A stretch of 64,000 bases of DNA from an uncultured Candidatus Rokubacteria bacterium (GTDB lineage: Bacteria > Methylomirabilota > Methylomirabilia > Rokubacteriales > DASRDR01), in NCBI GenBank assembly GCA_963805625.1, contig CAWDVE010000013.1:610458-674457 (forward strand), given 5' to 3'. Numbering within the stretch: the first letter of the stretch is position 1; each line of letters starts with the position of its first letter. The notes beneath the pieces were generated by a model, which was given only the letters and a program-made list of their open reading frames with translations, was not told where the DNA came from and made no database searches. The translations under genes were made by a program, and so were the position numbers. Shown here one piece after another: positions 51,934 to 61,948 of the stretch.

Positions 51934-52948
51934 CTGAGCGTCCATGTCCGGACCCCCGGCTCGACGAAGGTGAGGTTGACGAGCTGGCTGCCGGCCTTCA
52001 AGAGCGCCTCCTGCACGGCATAGCGCCGCATCGGGTCGCAGAGAAAGAACATGAAGCCGCCCCCGCCCGCGCCGCTCATCTTGCCGCCGAGGGCCCCCGC
52101 CTGGATCGCGCGCTCGTACAGCTCGTCGATCCGGGCGCTGGTGATGCCCTTCGCCATCTGGCGCTTGCTCTCCCAGGCGAGGTGGAGGAGCTCCCCCAGC
52201 TCCCGCAGGTCGCCGACCAGGAGCGCCCGCTTCATGTCGTGCGTGAGGACCTTCAGCCGGTCCATCGCGTGGACGCTCTCGACGCGTCGCGTCTCGTAGT
52301 TCTTCATCTGGTTCCGGATGATGTCGTCCGAGAAGTGCCCCTCGCCGACGTACGCGAAGACCAGGCTGTGCTCCAGCTCCCAGATCGTCTCCGGGCGGAG
52401 GCGGAGGGGGACGACTAGCACCGTCCCGCCCGGGTGGAACTCGATCAGGTTGAAGCCGCCGAACGTCGTCGCGTACTGGTCCTGCTTCCCCCCTTGATCC
52501 CGACCTCGAGGCGCTCGATCCGGTAGGCGAGGTCCGCGATCTGGTAGGCGTCGACCGGGAGGCGCAGCCACTCGGCAATCGCCGACACGAGCGCGACCGT
52601 CACCGCCGACGACGAACCCAGGCCCGAGCCGGGCGGGGCGTCGTTGTGGAGGACCACCTCGAGCCCACCATTGAGCGCCTTCTCGCGGCGGAAGTGATCG
52701 ATGATCCCCTTCGCCAGGTCGAGCTGACCGTCGTAGACGAACGGGTCGTCGATGCTGTAGCTGACGCTCTGGTCGTAATCGATGCTCCGGACGGTCACCT
52801 GCTCCCCATTCGGGACGACCGTGGCCGTGGCATAGCGGTTGATCGTCGCGCTGAGGACCACGCCGCCACGCTCGTCGCAGTACGGCGGCACGTCCGTCCC
52901 CCCGCCGCAGAAGCTGAGACGCAAGGGAGCCCGCGCCCGAATCAACAT
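51930..52948 (-). CDS. hddA: D-glycero-alpha-D-manno-heptose-7-phosphate kinase (GHMP); frameshift in G-run near 52490
   Basis: 'RAPLRLSFCGGGTDV', 'PPGSGLGSSS', 'GGKQDQYA..FGG', 'GGKMSGAGGGGF'. Confidence 0.9.
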
Positions 52949-53051
52949 CTCATGCCTCCCTCTCCGTCCGACCCGACCAGCGACCCAGCGCTGGAGCATG
53001 GTACAGTAGCCCCTGGCCCGCGGTCGCACGTCGGCCGGAATTCGCGCGCCC

Positions 53052-54263
53052 TCATCCTGCCTCGAGGGCGTTCTCTCCGGCGCTCACGGCACCTCCTTGA
53101 ACCCGCACGTAAGTCCCGGCAATCGTCTTGCCGATCTGGTCCCAGGAATACCTCTCGAGCCCGATCTGTCTGATCCGACGCCCGGTCTCATCCAAGTGAC
53201 GGTATAGATCGCTTTCGAAGTACTGTTGGATCGCCCGGGCGACATCCTGAGGGTTCTCGGGCTCGGCAAGAACGCCCGTGACTCCCTCGACGACCTCGGT
53301 CTCAAACGAGCCCACTCTCGTCGCGATCACCGGCAGGCCGAACCGGTAGGCGAGGGACAACGGGCCGCTCTGATAGATGGCCCTGTAGGGAAGCACGAGC
53401 GCATCAGCCGCTCTGAACAGAACCGGTACTTCGGCATCCGGGATGAAGCCGTCCCGCATCAGTACCCGCGAGCGCTCGGCGTGCTCACGCAGACCTGACT
53501 CGAGATTCTTCCGGTACTTCATAGACCCGAGTTTCGCGCGACCGGCGACGACGAGGCGATACTTCTCGCCTTGCCGGGAAAGAATCTTCAGGGCTTCGAG
53601 CAGGATGTCCAGTCCCTTGTACGGAGCAATCTGACCGAAGAAGAGAAGAACCCTCTCGTGTTCGTTCAGCCCATAGGACGCTCTGGCTTCTTGCCTCGAC
53701 AGTGGCGTGTCAGGAACATATGTGTTCAACCCGAACGGGATCACCGAGATCTTTCGTGGAGAGACGCCGAACTCGGTGACCAGCTCCTGTTTGGACTGCT
53801 CGGTGTGGACGAGAAGGTGGTCCATGAGGGAATACATGGCCCGTAGAGTGATCCTGTTCAGCCAGCCGTCATGGCCGTCTCTTTTCCGCGCATTCACGTT
53901 GTGCACGGTGAGGATCAGTCGTTTTCCTTTGATCCTGTAGAGGACGTTCATGAGGGTTCGATCCAGGAGCTCCCACTTGTTGAGCCACAGTATGTGGAAG
54001 AGCGTTGATCGAGTCCGGTGCGCATGCTGAATCAGTTTTTGGTAGTAGCGTATGACTCGAACGACCTTGGTATGGAGTTGAGCGGTAGGATCTTGGTTGC
54101 CGCGCAAGTTGAGATACTCGATCCTGTCGTGTCGGAGACCGCTTGCGCCCTCCATCTGGTCATTCCCAACGAACTCAACGGCGATTCCTCGGTCCGCAAG
54201 CGCAGCGGCCAGCGGAACGGCATAGTTCGGATCGTCACCGCCGGTGAGCAAGGAGACGCGCAT
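53052..54263 (-). CDS. Glycosyltransferase family 4
   Basis: 'FFGQIAPYKG', 'LPYRAIYQSG', 'PVIATRVG'. Confidence 0.9.
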   Translation of the reverse strand: MRVSLLTGGDDPNYAVPLAAALADRGIAVEFVGNDQMEGASGLRHDRIEYLNLRGNQDPTAQLHTKVVRVIRYYQKLIQHAHRTRSTLFHILWLNKWELLDRTLMNVLYRIKGKRLILTVHNVNARKRDGHDGWLNRITLRAMYSLMDHLLVHTEQSKQELVTEFGVSPRKISVIPFGLNTYVPDTPLSRQEARASYGLNEHERVLLFFGQIAPYKGLDILLEALKILSRQGEKYRLVVAGRAKLGSMKYRKNLESGLREHAERSRVLMRDGFIPDAEVPVLFRAADALVLPYRAIYQSGPLSLAYRFGLPVIATRVGSFETEVVEGVTGVLAEPENPQDVARAIQQYFESDLYRHLDETGRRIRQIGLERYSWDQIGKTIAGTYVRVQGGAVSAGENALEAG

Positions 54264-54280
54264 CGCGGCGGCTCAAGAGC

Positions 54281-54943
54281 TCAGGCTCTGAATGGGAGGA
54301 CGTAGAAGCGGTAGTACTGGAGCTTCATGAGGCCCTCGGAGACTTCCTGGACGCCGTGCCACGTCTCGCTCCAGCTCTCGGGCGTCTTCAGGCCGAAGAC
54401 GGGGACGCAGTGGACCTGGATCCCAGCGGGCCCGAACACCGCCCGGTACGTGAGGGCCGAGCGCCGGCTTCGGAACCCGGGTGTCACAAGTATCACTGAT
54501 CCAACGCGCTCCCCGATGAGATGGTCCCGGAGCTGGGCCGCGGCGTTGAGGGTGATCGGCTCGACTTCCCGGATCGGCAGGGCCTCCCAGGCGCCGAGCC
54601 GCGCGTAGCGGGCCATCACCTCCGCGATGCCCTTCGACACGAGATTGGGGCCTCCGGTGTCTCCCAATGCCTGAATCGGGACCAGGGCCTTCGGGGCAAG
54701 CCCAGCGGCCTGGAGCGCCGCCGCGCGCTCGAACACAAGGTAGTCCGGATCGAAGTTCTCCATCAGGATCAGCTCGCTCGGCGCGACCTCCTCCGGGCAG
54801 ACCAGGCTCCGGCCGAGCTGGGCCGTCCAGACTCCGCGCGTGGCCGCTGCCGCGAGGACCACGAGGGCGAGCACCGCCAGGCGGAGCTTCCACGTCGTCC
54901 GGGTCGAGGTCCGCGTGTGAAAGAAGTGTCGCCGCCACGTCAT
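54281..54943 (-). CDS. YdcF/DUF218-like membrane-anchored protein
   Basis: N-terminal TM helix. 'TLNAA', 'LVTPGFRSRRS', 'E..KL.YY'. Confidence 0.6.
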   Translation of the reverse strand: MTWRRHFFHTRTSTRTTWKLRLAVLALVVLAAAATRGVWTAQLGRSLVCPEEVAPSELILMENFDPDYLVFERAAALQAAGLAPKALVPIQALGDTGGPNLVSKGIAEVMARYARLGAWEALPIREVEPITLNAAAQLRDHLIGERVGSVILVTPGFRSRRSALTYRAVFGPAGIQVHCVPVFGLKTPESWSETWHGVQEVSEGLMKLQYYRFYVLPFRA

Positions 54944-54952
54944 CCCCCAGCG

Positions 54953-56350
54953 TCACGCGGCGCGGGTGTCGGCCCGGTCCGGCGCGGCCGGCTCGACCCG
55001 GTGGACCAGCCCATCGTCGTCGCCGAGCTCCACGTAGGCGACCCGGGCCCGCGCGCTCTCCTCGCCCTCGACGCGCCAGCCGTTGCCGTCCCGGACGAGG
55101 GTCATCCGGCTCCGCGCCCGCCACCAGCGCTCCACCTCGCCGGGCAGGCCGATCCAGCACCGCCCCGCCTCCCGGAGGCGGGCCAGGTGCTCGAGCCAGG
55201 CGCGGTATGCGTGCCGGGCCCCGGCGGGCTCGAGGTAGTCGGGATGGACGAGGAAGCTCGCCAGGCCGTGACGCGCCATGACCGCTTTCAGCTGCTGGCG
55301 CCAGACCTCGTTGGAGAAGTCGTGGAGCACGTGGAAGAGCGAATAGTCCTGGGTCGTCGTCAACGGCAGCTCGACAATTCGGCCAATGAAGTACGGCATC
55401 ACCGTGCAGCAGCCGCCGCGCTGGACCTCGAGGTGCCCCACGTTCGGCACCGACATGTCGTAGGCGATCTCGAGCGCGTCGTACCATTCGGGCCGCCGGT
55501 AAAGGACCCCGGACCGGAACCCCCGGGCACCAAACTCCCGAGCGTACGCGTTGATCCGGAGCGCCCGGCGCCGGAACTCGTCGCGGTCGGTGAAGAGGCG
55601 CCCGTCGTGGTTCAGGTCGTGGATGTTCACCTCGAACCCGCGACGGCGGATCGCGTCGAGAACCCCCGGCGGGATCTCGTAGCGGCCCTCGGGCACGAGC
55701 TGGAACGATGCCCGCATCCCGTGGGCCTCGTCCGTATCCATCAGCCAGCCGCAGGCCGCGAGCCCCGCCGCGGTCTCGACGTCGTGGGTGAGGATGACGG
55801 CGCTCGGCGCGCCGTCTGGCCAGAACCACACGAACGGCAGCCGGGAGATCCCCTGGCTGCGCAAAGCCAGGAGCACGAGCCGCTCGAGGATCCGCTCGAC
55901 GGTGTCGTCGACGGGCCAGCGCGGGAACGGCCGGGCCTTCCAGTCGCGGAAGTACGTCCGCTGGAGCGACCGGCGCAGCCCGGATGGCATCAACCCGCGC
56001 AGCCCGTAATACACGGCGGCTTGCCAGGACTTCGGGCGGAAGCCATCCGGTCCCGCCAAATCGCTCGCGTAACGCTCGAGCCGCAGGTTGTCGATGACCT
56101 CCGACGGGTCGAAGGGCACGCGCACGACGCCGCCGTCCGTCGTGACCGCCGACAGGGTGTCGTAGAGCCCGTTGACCGGCACCCGGGCGCGAGACCCACT
56201 GGAGGTCTGGCCGTAGCAGACCGTCTCCGGGCCGAACCGGAAGTAGCCGGCGTCCGGGGACAGGTCGCTGGCCAGCCCGAGGCGCACGAATTCCTCGGGG
56301 CAGCGGTAGTAGTCGATCAGAGCGCGCTCGAGCACCGGTTCGATCCTCAC
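54953..56350 (-). CDS. Polysaccharide deacetylase-like protein
   Basis: GTGA overlap start. 'ILTHDVE', 'EVNIHDLNHDG', 'GFRSG', 'YDMS', 'ELPLT', 'VHPDY'. Confidence 0.78.
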   Translation of the reverse strand: MRIEPVLERALIDYYRCPEEFVRLGLASDLSPDAGYFRFGPETVCYGQTSSGSRARVPVNGLYDTLSAVTTDGGVVRVPFDPSEVIDNLRLERYASDLAGPDGFRPKSWQAAVYYGLRGLMPSGLRRSLQRTYFRDWKARPFPRWPVDDTVERILERLVLLALRSQGISRLPFVWFWPDGAPSAVILTHDVETAAGLAACGWLMDTDEAHGMRASFQLVPEGRYEIPPGVLDAIRRRGFEVNIHDLNHDGRLFTDRDEFRRRALRINAYAREFGARGFRSGVLYRRPEWYDALEIAYDMSVPNVGHLEVQRGGCCTVMPYFIGRIVELPLTTTQDYSLFHVLHDFSNEVWRQQLKAVMARHGLASFLVHPDYLEPAGARHAYRAWLEHLARLREAGRCWIGLPGEVERWWRARSRMTLVRDGNGWRVEGEESARARVAYVELGDDDGLVHRVEPAAPDRADTRAA

Positions 56351-57408
56351 CCCACGTGGCGGTACAGGCGGTCGCCGGTCGCGCGGAGAAGCGCGTCGGG
56401 CAGATGCGTCAAGAGCCGGCCGGCGAGCCGTCGGCCAAGGCCCGGGAGCCGTCGCCGCTCCGGCGGACCGGCCGACCATCGGAAGTAGGCCAGCGAGGAT
56501 CGCACGGCCCCCCAATGCTCCTTGAAGGTGATCAGGCCGGTGTCGTCGCAGTCGGTGCGACCGAGGTCCAGCTCGAGTGCGCCGTCGGCCTTGGCGTCCT
56601 GGATCGTCCGCCAAAGAAGGAGCGGCATGCCACCGAGGTGGTGGAAGCGAGCGTCGGAGCCGCCGTACTTGTAGACCACCGCCCGCCCGAAGCGGAGGGT
56701 CAGCATCCCCGCGACGGGTCGATCGCCCTGGGACACCACCCGGATGCTGAGGGCGTCGCCGAGAGCGGCGGCCAGGTTCTGGAACCAGTCGAGCGGCTGG
56801 GGCGGCAGCCGATGGCGGCGGCGGGTGAGCACGAGAAGATCGTAGAGCTTCCGTACGAGGGCCTCGGTGCGCCCGACGTCGTGGGTTAGCCCCGCCCGCT
56901 CCGCCCGCCGGATCCGCCGCTGCACCGAGTCCCGGTGGAAGCTCCGGAACAGGTCGCCCAGGCACGGGCGAATGTCCAGCGTGTGCGCATAGAAGGCCTG
57001 GGATCGCGTCAGGCCCGCCAGGTCCCGGATACCCGCATCCCCCGCCGCCTTCGGGCGGATCTCGACGTACTTCCAGCCCTGGGAACGCGCCTGGCCTTGC
57101 AGGAACTGGCCCAGCGTGGCCAGCTGGGCCGGCCCATCGACCAAGGGCGCACAGTGGTCGGAGAAGGGGAGCGACACCAGGCGACGCCCGGTGAGCCAGC
57201 TCTCGACCCGGCAGAAGACCATCCCGTCGCATAGGGGACCCCCAGGAGGGGACGTGGTGTACGCCACCGGCTGGTAACCGTAGGAGCGCCGGAGCGCGGC
57301 CAACCAGCCCCGCGTGTGGAACACCGAGGCGGCAGCGTGGCTTCTGGTCAGGTCGTCCCAGCGGGGGTCCTGAAGGGGGTCGAGAGCGTGGACCGCAACG
57401 GGTGTCAT
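56347..57408 (-). CDS. FemAB-like GNAT protein (PEP-CTERM-system type)
   Basis: 'SVFHTRGWL', 'LVSLPFSDHC', 'RRIRRAER', 'LDLGRT', 'GLITFKEHWG'. Confidence 0.85.
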   Translation of the reverse strand: MTPVAVHALDPLQDPRWDDLTRSHAAASVFHTRGWLAALRRSYGYQPVAYTTSPPGGPLCDGMVFCRVESWLTGRRLVSLPFSDHCAPLVDGPAQLATLGQFLQGQARSQGWKYVEIRPKAAGDAGIRDLAGLTRSQAFYAHTLDIRPCLGDLFRSFHRDSVQRRIRRAERAGLTHDVGRTEALVRKLYDLLVLTRRRHRLPPQPLDWFQNLAAALGDALSIRVVSQGDRPVAGMLTLRFGRAVVYKYGGSDARFHHLGGMPLLLWRTIQDAKADGALELDLGRTDCDDTGLITFKEHWGAVRSSLAYFRWSAGPPERRRLPGLGRRLAGRLLTHLPDALLRATGDRLYRHVG

Positions 57409-57431
57409 AGCTCAGCCGTGAACGATGATCT

Positions 57432-57569
57432 AGCAACGAGGCTGCCATGGTCTCTCATGAAGTCAACTAATTGATTTATTGTAGTTTTAGAGATTTTGTA
57501 AACATCCCGAGGAAGGACCGTCATGAGAACTGGCCAGTCGACTCCCTGGATTGGGAAAGTCTCTTCACA
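57432..57569 (-). promoter_or_regulatory. Sigma54 promoter with consensus IHF site and upstream enhancer-like motif
   Basis: TGGCAGCCTCGTTGCT (57447-57432). AATCAATTAGTTG (57476-57464) is a perfect WATCAA-N4-TTR, 16 nt upstream within an AT-rich island. TGTGAAGAGACTTTCCCA at 57569-57552. Confidence 0.82.
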
Positions 57570-57625
57570 TAGGGCACACGCACACACCCGGGCTCGCCGG
57601 GAGGTGCTCCCCCGGCCATGGGCGC

Positions 57626-58630
57626 TCACCCCCGGACCCGTCCCACCTTCACCTGCCCCCGGGCCCGGCCAGCCCTCCCCGCCTCGGCCCGCTGGAGGAG
57701 CCACACGACGCCGCCCACCACGAGCAGGGTGACGAAGAACAGCGGGATCCCGCCCCGGCTGTGGACGACGCTGCCCGTGATGAAGCTCTTGTCGACGTGG
57801 ATGGCGAGGAGGGATAGCACGACGATCCGGACGGCGTTCTTGACGATGGCGATGGGCAGAATCGCCAGGGCCAGCGTGCCCCGCGCCCACCCGGTGCGCA
57901 GGAGGAGGTGGCCCGCCAGTACGCCGGTGATCGTGAGCGCCAGGAACGACCGGATGCCGCTGCACTCCTCCGCCACCTCGATGGCGAGCCCCGGGAGCCA
58001 GAAGAAGAACCCCTCCCGGTACACCGGGACGCCGACAACGTTGAAGAGCACGTACGTCACCTCGGCCGAGGCCTTCTGGAGCGAGACGATGGTGCTGTGC
58101 AGGAGGAAGGGGGGGAGCGGCACCATGAAGAGGAGAAAGGCGACCGGAAAGGCAGCCGCCTTGAGGGCATCCACCCCGTAGCAGAGCAGGAACGTCCCCG
58201 AGCACAACAGGACGAGCGCCAGCATCGCCAGCGATACGAAGATCTGCTCCGGGTCGGTGACCGGACCCGACCGCGCGATCCAGGACAGCGCGACCCCGGC
58301 CAGCATCAGCACCCCGCCCCCGCCGGGCGCGTAGGCCACACGGGCGAAGATCGCGCCACGGTCGAGATAGACTAGAACGGCGCTAACCAGGGGGATGAGG
58401 ACGACGTGGGAGTAGTGCTCGTACTGGCCGGAGCGAAGGGATACCGCGATCACGGTGCTGAGCGGCTGCCAGAGCCAGGCGACTGACAGGCCCACGAGGA
58501 CCAGGAACGCCGCGTCTCTCACCCCGAGGATCGGCCCCACTCCGGCCGGCATCGCCACCGGCACCGGGGGGGACGGCCCCCTGGCCGCCACCGCCGCGCG
58601 GCCGGCTCCCTCATCGCTCGGGGGCGTCAT
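57626..58630 (-). CDS. Exosortase (EpsH/Xrt family)
   Basis: Multi-TM. 'YSHVVLIP', 'FMVPLP', Cys-Arg-His triad in 'VAEECSGIRS', 'KNAVRI', 'VHSRGG'. No EpsI extension. Confidence 0.92.
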   Translation of the reverse strand: MTPPSDEGAGRAAVAARGPSPPVPVAMPAGVGPILGVRDAAFLVLVGLSVAWLWQPLSTVIAVSLRSGQYEHYSHVVLIPLVSAVLVYLDRGAIFARVAYAPGGGGVLMLAGVALSWIARSGPVTDPEQIFVSLAMLALVLLCSGTFLLCYGVDALKAAAFPVAFLLFMVPLPPFLLHSTIVSLQKASAEVTYVLFNVVGVPVYREGFFFWLPGLAIEVAEECSGIRSFLALTITGVLAGHLLLRTGWARGTLALAILPIAIVKNAVRIVVLSLLAIHVDKSFITGSVVHSRGGIPLFFVTLLVVGGVVWLLQRAEAGRAGRARGQVKVGRVRG

Positions 58631-58649
58631 CTCGGTGCCGCCGTCTCGT

Positions 58650-59864
58650 TCAGTGGGCGCCCGTGCCGGAGATCACCGCCCGCGGCGTCGCCAGAAGAAT
58701 CCCGAGATCGGTCGAGAGCGACTGCGTCCGCGCGTAGCGGAGGTCGAGGCGCACGATCTCGTCGAACGTCGTCCGGCTCCGCCCCCGGACCTGCCAGAGC
58801 CCCGTGAGGCCGGGCCGCGCCTCGAAGATCCGCCGGCGATGCCAGGGGGCATACTCCTGGAGCTCGTACGGAAGCGGCGGGCGTGGACCGACTAGCGACA
58901 TCTCACCCCGGAGGACGTTCCAGAGCTGGGGTAGCTCATCGAGGCTGCTCTTCCGGAGGAGGCGTCCGATGGGCGTGACGCGCGGGTCCCCCACCAGCTT
59001 GAACAGGCCCGCACCGTTGGGCGGTGTGGCATGCCGGCCGTCCGTGATGAACCGGCTCACGAACTCGCGGTGCACGGTCTCGTCGGCGTTCACGAACATC
59101 GTCCGGAACTTCAGGAAGGTGAAGGGGCGGCTCCGGTATCCGACCCGCACCTGCCGGAACAGGACGGGCCCAGGAGACGTCAGCCGGACCAACCCTGCGA
59201 TCAGGAGCCCGAGCGGCGCCAGCGCCACCAGGAGGGCCGCGCTCCCGACGAGGTCCAGGCCCCGCTTCAGCATCTCGGCCCGGCGGCGGGCCCCCCGCGG
59301 CTCCCCGAGCTCCGGGTAGAGGAGCGGCTCCACGAGGCTGCCGGGGTTGCCAGCGGGCGACCCGCTCGCCCCCGGGGCCACCGCCGCGGCCTCGGCAGGC
59401 GCAGACTCGGGGAACAGACGGCCCTCGAGCGTGACGGTTTCCCCGGCCGGCCCGGCCGGAAGGTGTCGGCCGAGCGCCCGCTCAACCCGGGCCCGGACGC
59501 GCTCGACGGCGGCCCATGGTCCGCGCTGAGGCAGGTCGGGGAGCAGAACGCCGAGGACCGAGGGCGGCCTGATCCAGCCCGCTACGTCGATCTCGCGCGT
59601 GGCCGCATCCACGGTGTCGCGGACGATCCGGCCGAGCGGCGAGACCGACGGATCCAGGGATCCTGGAGCGCGCAGGACGAGGATCCCGAACGACCGGCCC
59701 GAGCGCTCGGCCCGCCGGCGCTCGAGGAGGACGAGGCGGCTGAATGCATCGGCGGCGAAGAGGGGGCGTGCCGCGGGCATCCTCCCGCCGGCACCGCGGC
59801 GCCTGGCCACATCGTGAGGCAGCGCCTCCTCTCGGTGGCCCCGGTCGTCGTCCGAGCGGCTCAC
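58650..59864 (-). CDS. Priming phosphoglycosyl (sugar) transferase with N-terminal degenerate GGDEF-like domain
   Basis: C-terminal 'KRGLDL', 'KFRTM', 'DPRVT', 'SLDELPQLWNVLRGEMSLVGPRP', 'PGLTGLWQV'. N-terminal 'ERRRAERSGRSFGILVL..REIDVAGW..GVLLP'. Confidence 0.88.
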   Translation of the reverse strand: MSRSDDDRGHREEALPHDVARRRGAGGRMPAARPLFAADAFSRLVLLERRRAERSGRSFGILVLRAPGSLDPSVSPLGRIVRDTVDAATREIDVAGWIRPPSVLGVLLPDLPQRGPWAAVERVRARVERALGRHLPAGPAGETVTLEGRLFPESAPAEAAAVAPGASGSPAGNPGSLVEPLLYPELGEPRGARRRAEMLKRGLDLVGSAALLVALAPLGLLIAGLVRLTSPGPVLFRQVRVGYRSRPFTFLKFRTMFVNADETVHREFVSRFITDGRHATPPNGAGLFKLVGDPRVTPIGRLLRKSSLDELPQLWNVLRGEMSLVGPRPPLPYELQEYAPWHRRRIFEARPGLTGLWQVRGRSRTTFDEIVRLDLRYARTQSLSTDLGILLATPRAVISGTGAH

Positions 59865-60967
59865 GGCGCTGACGGCAGCACTGCCGCCGTGGGGGAGTGC
59901 CGCTGGGCGCGACGGCGGCCCTTGACGGCGACGATGCGGCGCCGCGCGGTGGCGAGGCCACTGGACCCGAGCCCCATCGGGGCCCCACGGCGCTCGACCG
60001 ATCGCTGAGCGGCCTCGAGCATCCGGACGACCCGCAGCCCGCTCCGGCCGTCACTCAGGGGCCGGCGTCCGTTCGCGATGCAGTCGAGGAAATGGCGCGT
60101 CTCCCGGTGGAGCGCCTCGCCCTCCTCGATCCGGGGCGCCCACATGTCCCCGCTCCGGTAGCTCACCAGGAGGTCGTAGATCCCCTGCTGGCTCGTGATC
60201 TCGACCCCCTTGTCGTAGACCTTCAGCTTCTCGGCGGGCTCGAGGTCGTTCCACACCAGCATCTTCCGGTCCCCTCCGAGGAAGGTCGTGCGCACCTTCA
60301 TGGGGGAGAGCCAGTTGACGTTCACGTGGGCGATGACGTCGTTGGGGAAGTAGAGCGTGATATAAGCCAGGTCCTCGTGGCCGTTCAGGTGAGCCTGGCC
60401 AGTCGCCACCACCTGCTCCGGCTGGAGGCCGAGCACGTGATCGATGATGGCGAAATCGTGGGGCGCGAGATCCCAGATCACGTTGACGTCGTGCTGAAAG
60501 AGACCGAGGTTGACCCGGGTCGAGTCGTAGTAGTAGAGGCGCCCCAGGGCGCCCTCGTCCACCAGCTGCTTGATCTTCCGCACCGTCCCCGTGAAGAGGA
60601 ATGTGTGGTCCACCATGATCACCCGCCGGCCCCGGTCGGCTCGCGCGATCAGGTCCTCGGCCTCGGCCGCCGTCGCCGTGAAGGGCTTCTCCACGAAGAC
60701 GTGCTTGCCGTGGTCGAGCGCCTGACGCGCGAGCGCGTAGTGGCTCGAGACTGGCGTCGCGATCGCCACCGCGTCGATACCGGGGGCCGTCAGCACCTCC
60801 GCCGCGTCGGCCGTGGTGGCGATGCCAGGGTAGTGAGCCTGGGCCCGCGCGAACGCCCCCGGGTTCTGATCGCAGATGGCAATGACCTGGCAATCCGGTT
60901 GAGCGTGGAAGTTCCGGACCAGGTTTGGGCCCCAGTAGCCGTAGCCGATGACGCCGAGTCGAAGCAT
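59861..60967 (-). CDS. Gfo/Idh/MocA-family oxidoreductase (paralog of 4323-5387)
   Basis: 'IGYGYWGPNLVRNF', 'HVFVEKP', 'IWDLAPHD'. Confidence 0.9.
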   Translation of the reverse strand: MLRLGVIGYGYWGPNLVRNFHAQPDCQVIAICDQNPGAFARAQAHYPGIATTADAAEVLTAPGIDAVAIATPVSSHYALARQALDHGKHVFVEKPFTATAAEAEDLIARADRGRRVIMVDHTFLFTGTVRKIKQLVDEGALGRLYYYDSTRVNLGLFQHDVNVIWDLAPHDFAIIDHVLGLQPEQVVATGQAHLNGHEDLAYITLYFPNDVIAHVNVNWLSPMKVRTTFLGGDRKMLVWNDLEPAEKLKVYDKGVEITSQQGIYDLLVSYRSGDMWAPRIEEGEALHRETRHFLDCIANGRRPLSDGRSGLRVVRMLEAAQRSVERRGAPMGLGSSGLATARRRIVAVKGRRRAQRHSPTAAVLPSAP

Positions 60968-60978
60968 GCGAATGATCC

Positions 60979-61575
60979 TCAGATCGGGGCGCGCCGCGAG
61001 ACCGCGGCCGCCTCGGCTGTCCGTGGCCCGAGGGAGGTGTTCGTAGGCATCCCGCCCGCGGCTGCGCCGGCGCGCTCCGCTGCCGCCCCGGCTGGACGGG
61101 GACTCTTGACCGCCGACCTCGTCGTCTCGGTAGCTCCGGGGGCCGCGAACAGGGGGTGGAAGCGGGCCCGAGCCCCCGATGCGCCGAGGCAGTAGACCCT
61201 CACCCGCAGACTGGGAGCGAGCTCGGCGGGCAGCGCAGCGCCAAGGGCCCGGAGCACCTTGGTCCCGACCAGACGGGCGGTCTCGGGATCGACGGCCGTC
61301 TCGGCCAGAAGGGCGGCTGCCCTCCGGTTCGCCCGGTGCCATCCCACGAGATCGCTCTCCCGGAGGCAACGCGCCAGCGCCGGGGCGAGCCCCGTCGCCT
61401 CGACGCCCGGGCGCCGGGTCCGGCCGGTCGATGCTCCCACGCCACCACCTCCGACATCCACGACGACGACAAACAGAGTGCCCACCACCCGCCGAGCCCG
61501 CCCCGCCTCGACAGCAAGGAGGTACCGAAAGACCGGCTCATCCCAGCATGCCGTCCCATCGCCGTCGCGTACCAT
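60979..61575 (-). CDS. Stand-alone degenerate GGDEF-like protein
   Basis: 'FRYLLAVEAGRARR..LFVVVVDV..LARCLRESDLVGW..AALLAET' follows GGDEF-domain topology, with RxxD but no GGDEF. Confidence 0.6.
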   Translation of the reverse strand: MVRDGDGTACWDEPVFRYLLAVEAGRARRVVGTLFVVVVDVGGGGVGASTGRTRRPGVEATGLAPALARCLRESDLVGWHRANRRAAALLAETAVDPETARLVGTKVLRALGAALPAELAPSLRVRVYCLGASGARARFHPLFAAPGATETTRSAVKSPRPAGAAAERAGAAAGGMPTNTSLGPRTAEAAAVSRRAPI

Positions 61576-61948
61576 GCACGCATTTTCCCACTCGGGCACT
61601 GCGGTCCGACGAGCACCACACGCCCGGTGGCGAGGAAGGACAGAGCAAGGCCCGTGCTAGGTCTCCCTGGTGAGTGGCTAGCCTCCTCGCGGATGGCCAC
61701 GGCCTAGTCCTATGACCGCGCTGCTGTAGGAGAAATCTCACCGATACGGGGAGCGACGGGGACCGCTCTGCCGCAGGCAGACCCTCGGTGAGTGATCGCT
61801 CGTCCGTGAGACCGTGCACTGGAGTCGTGCGAGAAGGGCTCCACGTTCATAGAAGCGGAATCGCCCTGCATACGGAGCGAAGGGAGCCTCAGCTTGCTCG
61901 AGGAGGCCGAGTGTGCAATGTCTTGCACACTCGGCTGGCGGATCTGAT

